From Mobula hypostoma (lineage: Eukaryota): 64,000 nucleotides of DNA. The first letter of the stretch is position 1. The number at the start of each line of letters is the position of its first letter. Below, one piece after another: positions 50,140 to 63,764 of this stretch. Below the pieces are notes generated by a model. The model had not been told where the DNA came from, ran no database searches, and saw only the letters and a list, made by a program, of their open reading frames with translations. The stretch covers positions 249,552,001 through 249,616,000 of the forward strand of contig NC_086097.1 in the NCBI RefSeq assembly GCF_963921235.1. Reading direction: 5' to 3'. The position numbers and the translations under genes were made by a program.

Positions 50140-50660
50140 AATGCGATTGCAGCAGAACATAGACAAATTGGAAGAATGGGCAAAAAATGGCAGATGGAAC
50201 ACAGTGTTGGGAAATGTATGATAATGGATTTTGGTAAATAGTGCAGGCTATTACCTAAATGGGAAGAAGGTTCAAACACCATAGGTGCAGAGGGCCTTAG
50301 AAGTCCTCGTGCAAGATTCCCAGAAGATTAATTTGCAGGTTGAGTCTGTGCTGAAGGTAGCAAATGCAATGTTGGCATTTATTTCAAGGGGAATAGAATA
50401 GAAAAACAAGGAGATAATGTTGAGACTTTATTGGACACTAAGCAGGACGCACTTCGAATATTGTCAACAGTTTTGGGCCCCGTATCTCAGAAAGGATGTA
50501 TTGTTATGTGGAGAGAGTCCAGAGGAGGTTCATGAGGATGATTCCAGGAATTAAGGGGTTAACACACGAGGAACATTTGGCAGCTTTGGGCCTGTACTCA
50601 CTAGAATTTAGAAGAATGCGGGGGCATTTCATTGATCTAATTCTGCTCCTATGTCTTATG
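50140..50660 (+). mobile_element. CR1 LINE 3' fragment
   Basis: ERVQRRFMRMIPG...[13 protein letters not shown]. Confidence 0.78.
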
Positions 50661-50834
50661 GTAAATCAGTGTGATTTCCAAATAACTAGATACAGGATCC
50701 ATGGACATTTACTGTGCAGCAATTTCTCTAACAATGAAGTCTAACTTTGTGTTCGGAATAAATTACTTGGTTGATTTCTTCATTTTAATTCTGTTACACC
50801 AGGCATTCAACAAACCCCCTCTCCTGTGATCCAT

Positions 50835-52105
50835 TACCAACCTGATTTTTCCAATTGACCTGCATGTTAAAATCTCCCGTGACTATCATAATATTGTCCT
50901 TTTGACTTGCCTTTTCTACTTCCTTTTGTAATCTGTGGTCCACCTCCCGTCACTGTTAGAAGGCCTGTATATAACTGCCATCAGGGTCCTTTTACCCTTG
51001 CAGTTTCTTAACTCAACCCACAAGGAGTCAACATCTTCCAATCCTATGTCACATCTTTCTACTGATTTGATGCCATTCTTTACCAGTACAGCCACACCAC
51101 ACCCTCTGCCTACCTTCCTATCACTCTGATACAATGTGTAACCTTGGACAATCAGTTCCCAACTACAACCATCCTTCAGCCACAACATCATACCTGGTAA
51201 TCTGTAATAGTGCAACAAGATCATCCACCTTATTTCTTATACTACACGCATTGAGATACAACACCCTGAGTACCGTATTTGCTACCCTTTTTGATTCTAT
51301 ATCCCTAAAGTACTGATACTCACCCTGTTGGCTGCAACTAAGTCCCATCACCTGCCTGCCCTTCCTGACAGTCTGACTGCACGCTATCTTTACTTTTTTA
51401 TCATCCGTCCTATCCTGAGTCACTTCATTTTGGTTCCCACCCCCCTGCCAAGTTAGTTTAAACCCTCCCCAACAGCTCCAACAAACCTGCCCGGGAGAAT
51501 ATTGGTCCCACTTGGGTTCAGGTACAACCCATCACTTTTGAACAGGTCACACCTCCCCCAGAACAGATCCCAGTTATCCAAGCACCTGAAGCCCTGCCCC
51601 CTGCACTAGCTTCTCAGCCATGCATTTATCTGCCAAATTATCCTGTTTCTACCCTCACTGGTGGGTGACACAGGTCGCAATCCAGAAGGTACTACCCTGG
51701 AGGTCCTGCTTCTCAGCTTTCTACTGAGCTCTCTAAACTCTCTTCAGAACCTTTTTGCTTTTCCTTCCTATGTCATTGGTGCCAATATGTACCAAGACAT
51801 CTGAGGGTTCCCCTTCCCTCTCCAAAATGTTGTGTACGTGATCTAAGATGTCCTGACCCTGGCACCTGAGAAGCAACATACCATCTGGGTATCCCGTTCA
51901 CATCCACAGCATCTCCTGTTTTGTTTCCCTCACTCCTGAGTCCCCTATCACTACCACTCCCCTCTTCTCTCTCTTTCCCCTCTGCACCACAGACCCATGC
52001 TCAGTGCCTATAACCCAGTCGCCATGGCATTCTCCCAGGAGGTCATCCCCCACAGAAGTATCCAAAGCAGTACACTTGTTTTTTGAGGGGAATGGCCACA
52101 GGTGA
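50835..52105 (-). mobile_element. CR1 LINE ORF1 esterase and start of ORF2
   Basis: VVVIGDSGVR; LRVLYLNACSIRNKVDDL; AVIYRPSN. Confidence 0.8.
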
Positions 52106-54470
52106 ACCAGAGGAGATAACTTCACTCACCCCATCACTGAACTGCTCCCACAACCTATGGACTCACTTTTATCTCATGCTCGAGATTGATAGCTTATATA
52201 TTATTATTTCTTTTTTTCTTTTTTGTATTTGCACAGTTTGTTTTATTCTGCACACTGGCTGTCTGAGTACAGTCTTTCATTGATTCTATTGTGGTTACTG
52301 AATCCATTGAGTATGCCCGCAAGAAAATAAATCTCAGTGTTGTATACGGTCATACATGTACCTTGATAATAAACTTACTTTGAACTTTGAAACGTCAGCA
52401 GAACAATCATGCTAGAACTGCAGAAAGGATTATTATGCCACAACTAGAAGGTGTATAGCTGTGGCATAACTACTGCTTTATACAGTTATTAGTGTTGTAT
52501 AATCTATACAAAATACAACAGGAAGGGTACGCTGGCATTGGAAAAGGTGTAAATGCACACAACAGGAAGGTTATGATGGTATCAGAGGGTGCAGATACTC
52601 CTAGTTACCTATGATGCTACATATATCTTTATATTTCGGCAGTCCAAGCTACCCATCTGCTTCAAGCAGGCTTCAATTATACTGGTGTCTAAGAAGAACA
52701 TGGTGACTGGCCTCAATGACTACCATCCAGTAGCACTTACATCCACTGTGATGAACCTGGTGATGAAAGTTATCAACTCCTGCCTGAGAAGAAACTTGGA
52801 TTCACTCTAATTTGCCTACAGAGACAGCAGGCTGTTCACTCAACCCTGGAACATCCGGATAGCAAAGATGCATACATCAGGATCACTATTCCCTCTAAGT
52901 TGCTCAGATGTGTGGCTGCAAAGTAACTGAAATGCTCCCGCACACATAGTCTTTGTTACCGCACAGCTGGAATTTTCTCTTATATACTATTAACCTACTT
53001 TTCAAATTAGGTTAACATAATTCTGAAATTATGGAAATATAATTTTGAATTCTAGGTTAATATAATTGTGAAATACCCTATAATTAATTACGTGTTAATG
53101 AACGTAATCCATAATTTTTTTTAAAATAATAAACATACCATAACCTTTACTTTGAGATATTTTAGAGCTTCAATGTACTTACATCATCAGTGTTTCAAGT
53201 TACAACCTTGGAACATCTGAACAGCAAAGATGCATACATCAAGATGCTCCTTATCAACTACAGCTCAGCATTCAATACTATCATCCACTCAAAACTAATC
53301 AATAAGCTCAAAGACCTTGGCCTCAATACCTCCTTGTGCAATTGGATCCTCGATTTCCTCACTTGCAGACCCCAGTCAGTTCAGTCTGGCAACAACATCT
53401 CCTTCACAATCTCCATCAGCAGACTATTTGCATCACAACCTAGAATGGAAATACCATTGCCCTTGTACTGAAAATCTAACAAGTAGTAGTGGATACAGCC
53501 CAGTCCATCACGGGTAAAGCTCTCCCCACCACTCCGCACATCTTCACGGAGTGTGCTGCAGCAAAGCAGTGTCCACCACCCAGGACCCAGGACATGCTCT
53601 CTTCTCACTGCTGCCAGCAGGAAGGAGGTCCAGGAGCCTCAAGACCCACACCACTAGGTTCAGGAACAGTTATTACCCCTCAACCATCAGGCTGTTGAAC
53701 AGCCCCATCACTGAAATGTTCCCATAACCTATGTTCTTATTTTCAATGATTCTTCATCTCATGTTCTCAATATGATTATGAAGACACGTAGTCCTCTTTT
53801 ATTGTCATTTAGTAATGCATGCATTAAGAAATGATACATTATTTCCTCCGGTGTGATATCACAAAACACAGGACAGACCAAGAGTGAAAAAACTGACAAA
53901 ACCACATAATTATAACATATAGTTACAACAGTGCAATAATACCATCACTTGATGAAGAAGCCTATGAGCACAGTAAAGTTCAAAGTTTCTCAAATGTCCC
54001 ACATCTCACGCAGATGGGAGAAGGAAGAAAACCTCTCCCTGCCATGCCGACCACAGTCCAACTCTGAGTCATCCGAAAACTTCGAGCTCTGATCAGCTCT
54101 CTGACACCGAGTACTGAGCACCATCTCTGTCCGAACGATTCGACTTCCTTCTCAGTCGCCAAAACCAGGCAAGGCCGGGGATTTTGAGGCCTACCCTCCG
54201 AAAGATTCCCAACCACACAGTAATGACAGCAGCGAATGGGTGTTTCAGAAATTTCTCCAGATGTTCCTCTGTGCTTTCATCACGTCCATTCTCCATCAAA
54301 TCAGAATTGATATTTATTGCTTATTTATTTTTCTCTTGCTTTTGTACATGCACAGATGGCTTTTGCACAATAGTTTTTTGTCTGTCCTGGTGAGTGTAGT
54401 TTTTCATTGATTCTATTGTTTATTGGATTTACTGAGTATGCCCACAGGAAAATGAATCTCATGGTTCTAT
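52105..54470 (+). mobile_element. Cluster of Rex1/Babar-type fragments, one interrupted by the GC-rich element at 53774-54310 (minus)
   Basis: [27 protein letters not shown]...[10 protein letters not shown]; 3' UTR with ctttgaactttga tail. Confidence 0.7.
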
Positions 54471-54477
54471 GAACCTT

Positions 54478-54968
54478 TAGGTTCACAAGGATGATTTTGG
54501 GAATGAAAGGGTTATCATACGAGGAACGTTTGATAGCTCTGGGTCAGTACTCACTGGAATTTAGAAGAATGAGTGAGTATCTCATTGAAGTCTTTCGAAT
54601 GTTGAAAGACCTAGACATGGTAGATGTGGAGATGTTCCCCATGGTCGGGGAATCTAGGACAAGAGGGCACAGTCTCAGGATAGAGGGCTTCCATTTAAAA
54701 CAGAGATACATAGAAATTTCTTTAGCCAGAGAGTGGTGAACTAAGGTATTTAGCATCACAGGCAGCTGTGGAGGCCAGGTTGTTGGATACATTTAAGGCA
54801 GAGCTTGATAGGTTCTTGATTGGACACGGCATCAAAGGTTACATGGAGAAGGCTGGGGAGTGGAGCTAAGGAGAGGATTGAAAAAAAAAGGAGTAGCCAT
54901 GATTGAATGGCAGAGCAGGCTTGGTGGGCCAAATGGATAATTCTGCTCCTATGTCTTATGGTCTTATA
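54478..54968 (+). mobile_element. CR1 LINE 3' end
   Basis: GLSYEERLIALG.YSLEFRRM...RTRGHSL; tail gtcttatggtcttat. Confidence 0.82.
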
Positions 54969-55977
54969 TGGTGACATACAATTGAAAGGATATGATGGTA
55001 TTGGAGAGGATGCAAAGGTGAAATTTACAAGAATGCTCCAAAATCAAGAGATAAACTATAATTAAGAAGAGAGTCCTAATAAAGGCCCAAAGTGTTGACT
55101 ATTTATTCCTCTCCATAGATGCCACTTTGCTGAGTTCCCATAGCATTGTGTGTGTGTTGATTATGAAGATAGGGTAACTTGGCTGAGAATGTTTTCTTAT
55201 GCACAACAGAAACTGACGAGAGGTTGAACTACACCAACTAGAAAGGAAACCAGAAAGCCTGTATTTGCTTAGCACAAAGGCTGGTAACTACAGAAACAGA
55301 TCTCAGTTAATTAGTCTAAGCATAAGAAAGGATTTCACTTAGCAAGTGATGGGGAGGCAAAAATTCACTATCCAAGAGGGCATTTTACAAATACTCCAAG
55401 AAAACCGGAGGAGCCTGGTCCTATAAATCAATAACTGGGAAGGGAAATGACACTGAGTGTATATCTAACTGACACGGACGCAATGCACCAAGTAATTGCA
55501 GTATATGCTGCAAATTTCCGTAAATATACAACATCTCCGTTATGTTTCCCTCAAATCCCTCACTAATCAGCACATTTCTGCAGCACACCGTTTCCTAGGT
55601 AGACAAGAGACTACAGATTAGAAAGGTGCAAATACAAATGGAAAGGGAAAAAAGAATTTAATGCACAGCAAGTTGAGTCCCTCCTTTGGTCGGGGTTGAC
55701 CATGGATGTTGCATCCTAGCTAACTATATTCAGTCGATACGCAAGCCAGGACAGTACGATATGGAGAGCAAGCTGTGAGCCATGTAACAGGCTTCCCCTC
55801 TCCTCGCAGCTGATGAATACAAAGGAATGGGCAGAGATCAGCAGCATCTCAGGAGTTGCCAGTCAGCACTGAACTCAACATAGGACTTCCTTCAGGACTC
55901 CAGCTCTGGATTTTCCTTGAGGCTTATTACAAAAGCCTTCCCCATGAGTAGATGTAGCCACAGGGCAGTGGAGGTTT

Positions 55978-56615
55978 AGTCATAGTCATAGTTGTACTTT
56001 ATTGATCCCGGGGGAAATTGGTTTTCGTTACAGTTGCACCATAAATAATTAAATAGCAATAAAACCATAAATAGTTAAATAGTAATATGTAAATTATGCC
56101 AGGAAATAAGTCCAGGACCAGCCTATTGGCTCAGGGTGTCTGACCCTCCAAGGGAGGAGTTGTAAAGTTTGATGGCCACAGGCAGGAATGACTTTCTATG
56201 ACGCTCTGCGCTGTATCTCGGAGGAATGAGCCTCTGGCTGAATGTACTCCTGTGCCCAACCAGTACATTAGGTAGTGGATGGGAGACATTGTCCAAGATG
56301 GCATGCAACTTGGACAGCATCCTCTTTTCAGACACCACCGTCAGAGAGTCCAGTTCCATCCCCACAACATTACTGGCCTTAGAAATGAGTTTGTTGATTC
56401 TGTTGGTGTCTGCTACCCTCAGCCTGCTGCCCCAGCACACAACAGCAAACATGATTGCACTGGCCACCACAGACTCGTAGAACATCCTCAGCATCGTCCG
56501 GCAGATGTTAAAGGACCTCAGTCTCCTCAGGAAATAGACGGCTCTGACCCTTCTTGTAGACAGCCTCAGTGTTCTTTGACCAGTCCAGTTTATTGTCAAT
56601 TCGTATCCCCAGGTA
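55978..56615 (-). mobile_element. Rex1/Babar-type LINE 3' end, (ATGACT)n tail
   Basis: YFLRRLRSFNIC..MLRMFYESVVASAI..VVCWG...RHRKSFLPVAIKLYN. Confidence 0.85.
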
Positions 56616-57514
56616 TTTGTAATATATTTGTAATATACCAGTATTTGTAATATATTTGAGATCAGAGTTTTCCTTCTCCTAAATAAACTGCAACCACAAC
56701 TGATGACCCCCAAATGCTTGAAGCAACTGATTTTAAAGGTGCCAGTAACCCACCTTTGCCTCTTCTCCTGTTAGTAGAAACAGTTTTGCCAGGCTTAGTA
56801 GCTAAGCCACATGTGAAGGCCAGGAGCACGACTTGGTTGTTAGAGGCTATTTGAGACACACACCATTGTAATAAGCAATACCCCTACTACCAGGCCTCCC
56901 CCACCCACCCACCCTGTATATGACAACCTTAAGGAATTTGCACAAGTAAAACAAGAGAACACAATGCAGAAGAAAAAGCTACCAACATCTAAGAATTTTT
57001 GGCAGAAGGAAGAGAGAAGTTACACAACATTGGTGGTCATTTGAAGTCGTTAAAGCTGTAGTGCTGGCACCTTTAAAACCAGTTGCTTCAAGCAGTTGGG
57101 GCTCATCAATTGTGGCTGGCAACACAAAATGCTGGAGGAACTCCCGGTCCTGCTGGAGTCTCAGCCCGAAATGTCAATCCTTACTCTTTTCCATAGATGC
57201 TGCCTGGCCTGCTGAGTTCCTCCAGCATTTTGTGTGTGTTCCTTCTGATATTACCTTCAGTTTGCAGTGGCACAACGACTTGCAGTGACCCAGGTTCAAT
57301 TCTGGCCATTGCCTGTGAGGAGTTTGTACATTCTTCTCGTGATGGTGTGGATCTCCTACAGGTGCTCCAATTTCTTCCCACGGTCCCAAGACGTTCAGGT
57401 TGGGAGGTTAACTGGTCATCATAAATTGTCACGTGATTAGGCTAGGGTTAAATTGAGAGATAGCTAGGTGCATGGCTCGAAGGGCCTATTAGAGTAGTGA
57501 TAGAAAAGCACAAT

Positions 57515-59287
57515 ACTTGCTTCAAAAAGACAACTACACCAGTGCCTAAGAGGAATAACATGAGCTGCCTTAATGACTATCAACCGGCAGCACTCATATC
57601 TACAGTGTTGAAATGCTTTGAGAGGTTGGTCATGACTAGACTGAACTCCTGCCTCAGCAAGGACCTGGACCCATTGCAATTTGCCTATCGCCACAATAGG
57701 ATAACCATAGATGCAATCTCAGTGGCTCGTTACACAGCCTCGGACCACCTGGACAATACAAACACCTATGTCAGGATGCAGTTCATCGACTATAGCTCAG
57801 CATTCAACACCATTCCCACAATCCTGATTGAAAAGTTACAGAACCTGGGCCTCTGTACCTCCGTCTGCAATTGAATCCTCGACTTCCTAACCAAAAGGCC
57901 ACAATCTGTGTGGATGAGTGATTACATCATCTCCTCACTGACAATCAACACTGGCGCACCTCAGGGGTGTGTGCTTAGCCCACTGCTCTACTCTCACTAT
58001 ACCCATGACTATGTGGCTAGGCATAGCTCAAATACCATCTATAAATTTGCTGACGATACAACCATTGTTGGTAGAATCTCAAGTGGTGATGAGAGAGTGT
58101 ACAGGAGTGAGATATGCCAACTAGTGGAGTGGTGTCACAGCAACAACCTGGCACTCAATGTGAGTAAGGCAAAGAGCTGATTGTGGACTTCAAGAAGGGC
58201 AAGACGAAGGAACACATACCACTCCTCATAGAGGGACCAGAAGTGGAGATAGTAAGCAGTTTCAAGCTCCTGGGTGTCAAGATCTCTGAGGACCAAACCT
58301 GGTCGCAAGATATCGACACTGTTATAAATAAGGCAAGACAGCGATTATACTTCATTAGGAGATTGAAGAGATTTGATATGTCAACAAATACACTCAAAAA
58401 CTTAAATAGACGTACTGTGGAGAGCATTCTGACAGGCTGCATCACTGTCTGGTATGGGTGGGGTGCTACTGCACAGGACCAAAAGAATCTGCAGAGGGTT
58501 GTAAATTTAATTGGCTCCATCTTGAGTACTAGCCTACAAAAGTACCCAGGACATCTTCAAGGAGCTGTGTCTCAGAAAGGCAGTGTCCATTATTAAGGAC
58601 CTCCAGCACCCACGGCATACCCTTTCCTCACTGTTGAAATGAATTGACTTTATTTCTTACATCCTTCACATACATGAGGAGTAAAAATCTTTATGTTACA
58701 TCTCCATCTAAATGTGCAATCATAGTAATTTATAATAAATAAACAGTCAATGTTATATAGAGTATACTCAAATCAGCGTGAGTTCATCAGTCTGATGGCT
58801 TGGTATAAGAAGCTGTCCCGGAGACTGTTGGTCCTGGCTTTTATGCTGCAGTATCACTTCCCAGATTGTAGCAGCTGGAATAGATTGTGGTTGGGTTGAC
58901 TCGGGTCCCCAATGATCCGATGGGTCCTTTTTACACACCTGTCCTTGTAAATGTCCTGAATCATGGGAAGTTCACAACTACAGATGTGCTGGGCTGTCTG
59001 TAGGTTACCATCAGGTAGGAGGTACAGAAGCCTGAAGGCACACACACAACAGTTTCTTCCCCTCTGCCATCTGATTCCTAAGTGGACATTGAACATGTGA
59101 CCACTACCTCACGTTTTTAAATATATATATTATATCCCTTTTTTGCATGATTCGATATACATATACTGTAATTGATTTACTTATATTATTTTTTTCCTCT
59201 TCTTCTATATTATGTATTGCATTGAACTGCTGCTGCTGAGTTAACAAATTTAACGACACATGCTGGTGATAATAAACCTGATTCTGA
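57515..59287 (+). mobile_element. Rex1/Babar-type LINE RT through 3' end, interrupted by an antisense Rex1-type 3' end (~58636-58998)
   Basis: [50 protein letters not shown] and KARQRLYFIRRL motifs. Confidence 0.88.
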
Positions 59288-59289
59288 AG

Positions 59290-60078
59290 CAGGCCCTTTG
59301 GCCTATCTAGTCCATACCAAACCATTTAAACTGCCTACTCCCATCGGCCTGCAGCAGGACCTTACCCCTCCATACCCGTACCGTCCATATACCTATCCAA
59401 ACATCTCTTAAACAATGAAATCAAGCTTGCATGTACCACTTCAGCTGGCAGCTCATTCCACACTCTCACAACCCTCTGAGTGAAAATGGTTCTCCTCATA
59501 TTCTCCTCAACCCATGACTTCTAGTAATAGTCCCACCCAACATCAGTGAAAAAAGCCAGCTTGCATTTACCTTTTCTATACCCATCATAATTTTGTATAC
59601 TTCTATCTCAAATCTCCTCTCAATCTTCCACATTCCAAGGAATAAAGTCCTAACTTATTCAATCTTTCCATGTAACTCAAGTCCCCCAAACCCAGCAACA
59701 TTCTTGTAAATTTTCTCTGTACACCTTCAACCTTATTTACATCTCTCCTGCAAGTAGGAGTCCAAAACCGCACATAATACTCCAAATTCGGCACCACCAA
59801 TGTCTTATACAACTTCAACATAACATCCCATCTCCTGTACTCAATACTTTGATTTATGAGCCAAAAGCTTTCTTTACAAACCTATCAAACTGTGAAGCCA
59901 CTTTCAAAATGTATTCCCAGATCCCTTTGTTCTACTCCTCAGTGCCCTACCACTCACTGTGCAAGTCCGACCCTGGTTGGTCCTACCGAAGTGCAACACC
60001 TTGCACTTGTCGGCATTAAATTTCATTTGCCATTTTTCAGCCAATTTTTCCAGCTGGTTAAGATCCCCCCACAAGCCA
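59290..60078 (-). mobile_element. CR1 LINE 3' portion
   Basis: WQMKFNADKCKVLHFG; LYKTLV.PNLEY; LGLYSLE.RLRGDL. Confidence 0.82.
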
Positions 60079-60336
60079 TGATAGCCAATCAATGTCGACA
60101 TGGTCAAGTGGTTCAGTTGTTGTTCAGTCCAAACATCAGAATGGGGAAGAAACATGAAAGAAGTGACTTTGACCATGGAATGATTGTTGGTGCCAAATGG
60201 AGTGGTTTGAGTGTCTCAGAAACTGTTGATCTCCCGGGATTTTCACCTGCAACAATCTCTAGAGTTTATAAATAGTCAAAAAACAAAAAATCACCCAGTG
60301 AGCAGTAGTTCTGTGGGCAAAAATGCCTTGTTAATG

Positions 60337-60606
60337 TACATTCAGCCAGAGACTCATTCTACCGAGATGCAACACAGAGCGTCATAGGAAGTGATTCCTG
60401 TCTGTGGCCATCAAACCTTACAACTCCTCCCTTGGAGGGTCAGACACCCTCAGCCAATAGGCTGGTCCTGGACTTATTTCATAATTTCCTGGCATAATTT
60501 ACATATTACTATTTAACTATTTATGGTTTTATTACTATTTATTATTTATGGTGCAACTGTAATGAAAACCAGTTTCCCCTGGGATCAATAAAGTATGACT
60601 ATGACT
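60337..60606 (+). mobile_element. Rex1/Babar-type 3' end inserted in the Tc1-like element
   Basis: (ATGACT)n tail; taatg on both sides. Confidence 0.8.
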
Positions 60607-60735
60607 AATGAAAGAGGTCAGAGGAGGATGGCCTACTGGTTCAAAGTGACAGGAAGGCAACAATAACTCAAATAACCACGCATTATAACAGTGTGTGCAG
60701 AAGAGCATCTGTGAATGCACAGCACATTGAATCTT

Positions 60736-63700
60736 ACATGGAAACATAGAAAATAGGTGCAGGAGTAGGCCATTCAGCCCTTTGAGCCTGCACCACCAAT
60801 CAGTATGATCATGGCTGATCATCCAACTCAGAACCCTGTACCAGCCTTCCCTCCATACCCCCGATCCCTTTAGCCACAAGGGCCATATCTAACTCCCTCT
60901 TAAATATAGCCAATGAACTGGCCTCAATTGTTTCCTGTGGCAGAGAATTCCACAGATTCACCACTCTCTGTGTGAAGAAGTTTTTCCTCATCTCAGTCCT
61001 AAAAGGCTTCCCCTTTATCCTCAAACTGTGACCCCTCGTTCTGGACTTCCCCAACATCGGGAACAATCTTCCTGCATCTAGCCTGCCCAAGCCCTTTAGG
61101 ATTTTATACATTTCAATAAGATCCCCCTCAATCTTCTAAATTCCAACGAGTATAAGCCTAGTCGATCCAGTCTTTCATCATATGAAAGTCCTGCCATCCC
61201 AGGAATCAATCTGGTGAACCTTCTTTGTACTCCCTCTAAGGCAAGGATGTCTTTCCTCAGATTAGGGGACCAAAACTGCACACAATACTCCAGGTGTGGT
61301 CTCATCAAGGCCTTGTACAACTGCTCCTATACTCGAATCTTCTTGCTATGAATGCCAATATACCATTCGCCTTTTTCACCGCCTGCTGTACCTGCATGCC
61401 CACTTTCAATGACTGGTATATGACACCCAGGTCTCGTTGCACCTCCCCTTTTCCTAATCAGACACCATTCAGATAATAATCTGTTTTCCTGTTTTTGCCA
61501 CCAAAGTGGATAACCTCACATTTAGCCACATTAAATTGCATCTGCCATGAATTTGCCCACTCACCCAACCTATCCAAGTCACCCTGCATCCTCTGAGCAT
61601 CCTCATCACAGCCAACACTCCCGCCCAGCTTCTTGTCATCTGCAAACTTGGAGATGCTACATTTACTTCCCTCATCTAAGTCACTAATATATATTGTAAA
61701 CAACTGGGGTCCCAGCACTGAGCCTTGCGGTACCCCACTAGTCACCGCCTGCCATTCTGAAAAGGTCCCGTTTATTCCCACTCTTTGCTTCCTGTCTGCT
61801 AACCAATTCTCCACCCACACCAATACCTTACCCCCAATACCATGTGCTTTAAGTTTGCACACTAATCTCCCGTGTGGGACCTTGTCAAAAGCCTTTTGAA
61901 AATCCAAATATACCACATCCACTGGTTCTCCCCTATCCACTCTACTAGTTACATCCTCAAAACAAATTCTATGAGATTCGTCAGACATGATTTTCCTTTC
62001 ACAAATCCATGCTGACTTTGTGATGATTTCACCGCTTTCCAAATGTGCTGTTATCACATCTTTGATAACTGACTCCAGCAGTTTCCCCACCACCGATGTT
62101 AGGCTAACCAGTCTATAATTCCCCGGTTTCTCTCTCCCTTTTTTTAAAAAGTGAGGTTACATTAGCCACCCTCCAATCCTCAGGAACTAGTCCAGAATCT
62201 AAACAGTTTTGAAAAATTATCACTAATGCATCCACTATTTCTTGGGCTACTTCCTTAAGCACTCTGGGATGCAGACCATCTGGCCCTGGGGATTTATCTA
62301 CCTTTAATCCCTTCAATTTACCTAACACCACTTCCCTACTAACATGTATTTCCCTCAGTTCCTCCATCTCACTGGACCCTCTGTCCCCTACTATTTCCAG
62401 AAGATTATTTATGTCCTCCTTAGTGAAGACAGAACCAAAGTAGTTATTCAATTGGTCTGCCATGTCCTTGCTCCCCATAATCAATTCACCTGTTTCTGTC
62501 TATAGGGGACCTACATTTGTCTTAACCAATCTTTTTCTTTTCACATATCTATAAAAGCTTTTACAGTCAGTTTTTATGTTCCCTGCCAGTTTTCTCTCAA
62601 TCTTTTTTCCCTTTCCTAATTAAGCCGTTTGTCCTCCTCTGCTGGACTCTGAATTTCTCCCAGTCGTCAGGTGAGCCACTTTTTCTGGCTAATTTATATG
62701 CTTCTTCTTTGGAATTGATACTATCCCTAATTTCCCTTGTCAGCCATGGGTGCACTACCTTCCCTGATTTATTCTTTTGCCAAACTGGGATGAACAATTG
62801 TTGTAGTTCATCCATGCGATCTTTAAATGCTTGCCATTGCATATCCACCATCAACCCTTTAAGTGTCATTTGCCAGTCTATCTTAGCTAATTCACATCTC
62901 ATACCTTCAAAGTTACCCTTCTTTAAGTTCAGAACCTTTGTTTCTGAATTAACTATGTCACTCTCCATCTTAATAAAGAATTCCACCATATTATGGTCAC
63001 TCTTACCCAAGGGGCCTCTCATGACAAGATTGCTAATTAACCCTTCCTCATTGCTCAATACCCAGTCTAGAATAGCCTGCTCTCTAGTTGGTTCCTCGAC
63101 ATGTTGGTTCAAAAAACCATCCCGCATACATTCCAAGAAATCCTCTTCCTCAGCACCCTTACCAATTTCATTCACCCAATCTATATGTAGATTGAAGTCA
63201 CCCATTATAACTGCTGTTCCTTTATTGCACGCATTTCTAATTTCCTGTTTAATACCATCCCCAACCTCACTACTACTGTTAGGTGACCTGTACACAACTC
63301 CCAACAGTGTTTTCTGCCCCCTAGTGTTATGCAGCTCTACCCATATCGATTTCACATCCTCCCGGCTAATGTCCTTCCTTTCTATTGCGTTAATCTCCTC
63401 TCTAACCAGCAATGCTACCCCAACTCCTTTTCTTTCCTGTCTATCCCTCCTGAATATTGAATATCCCTGAATGTTGAGCTCCCATCCTTGGTTACCCTGG
63501 AGCCATGTCTCTGTGATCCCAACTATATCATATAAATTAATAACAATCTGCACTTTTAATTCATCCACCTTGTTACCAATGCTCCTTGCATTGACACACA
63601 AAGCCTTCAGGCTCGCTTTTACAACACTCTTAGCCCTTATACAATTATGCTGAAAAGTGGCCCTTTTTGATTTTTGCCCTGGATATGCCTGCCTGCCACT

Positions 63701-63764
63701 TTTACTTTTCACCTTACTACTTTTTGCTTCTACCCTCACTTTACACCCCTCTGCCTCTCTGCAC
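60736..63764 (-). mobile_element. Young CR1 LINE with near-complete ORF2 (several frameshifts), 9-bp TSD
   Basis: LKALCVNARSI...GITETWL through the RT and 3' tail; TSD ttgaatctt at 60727-60735 and 63765-63773. Confidence 0.93.

Noticed and set aside
56612..56659. Short tandem gtatttgtaatatatttg repeats
   Set aside because: Local slippage at a LINE 5' truncation junction; no array or spacer structure.
56123..56713. 196-aa ORF as a host gene
   Set aside because: It is the C-terminus of a Rex1/Babar-type LINE ORF with multiple copies and a microsatellite tail.
62709..63470. 253-aa ORF and other long antisense ORFs over CR1/Rex1 copies (e.g. 15770-16303, 19927-20472)
   Set aside because: Antisense shadows of retroelement sequence; no independent protein signature.
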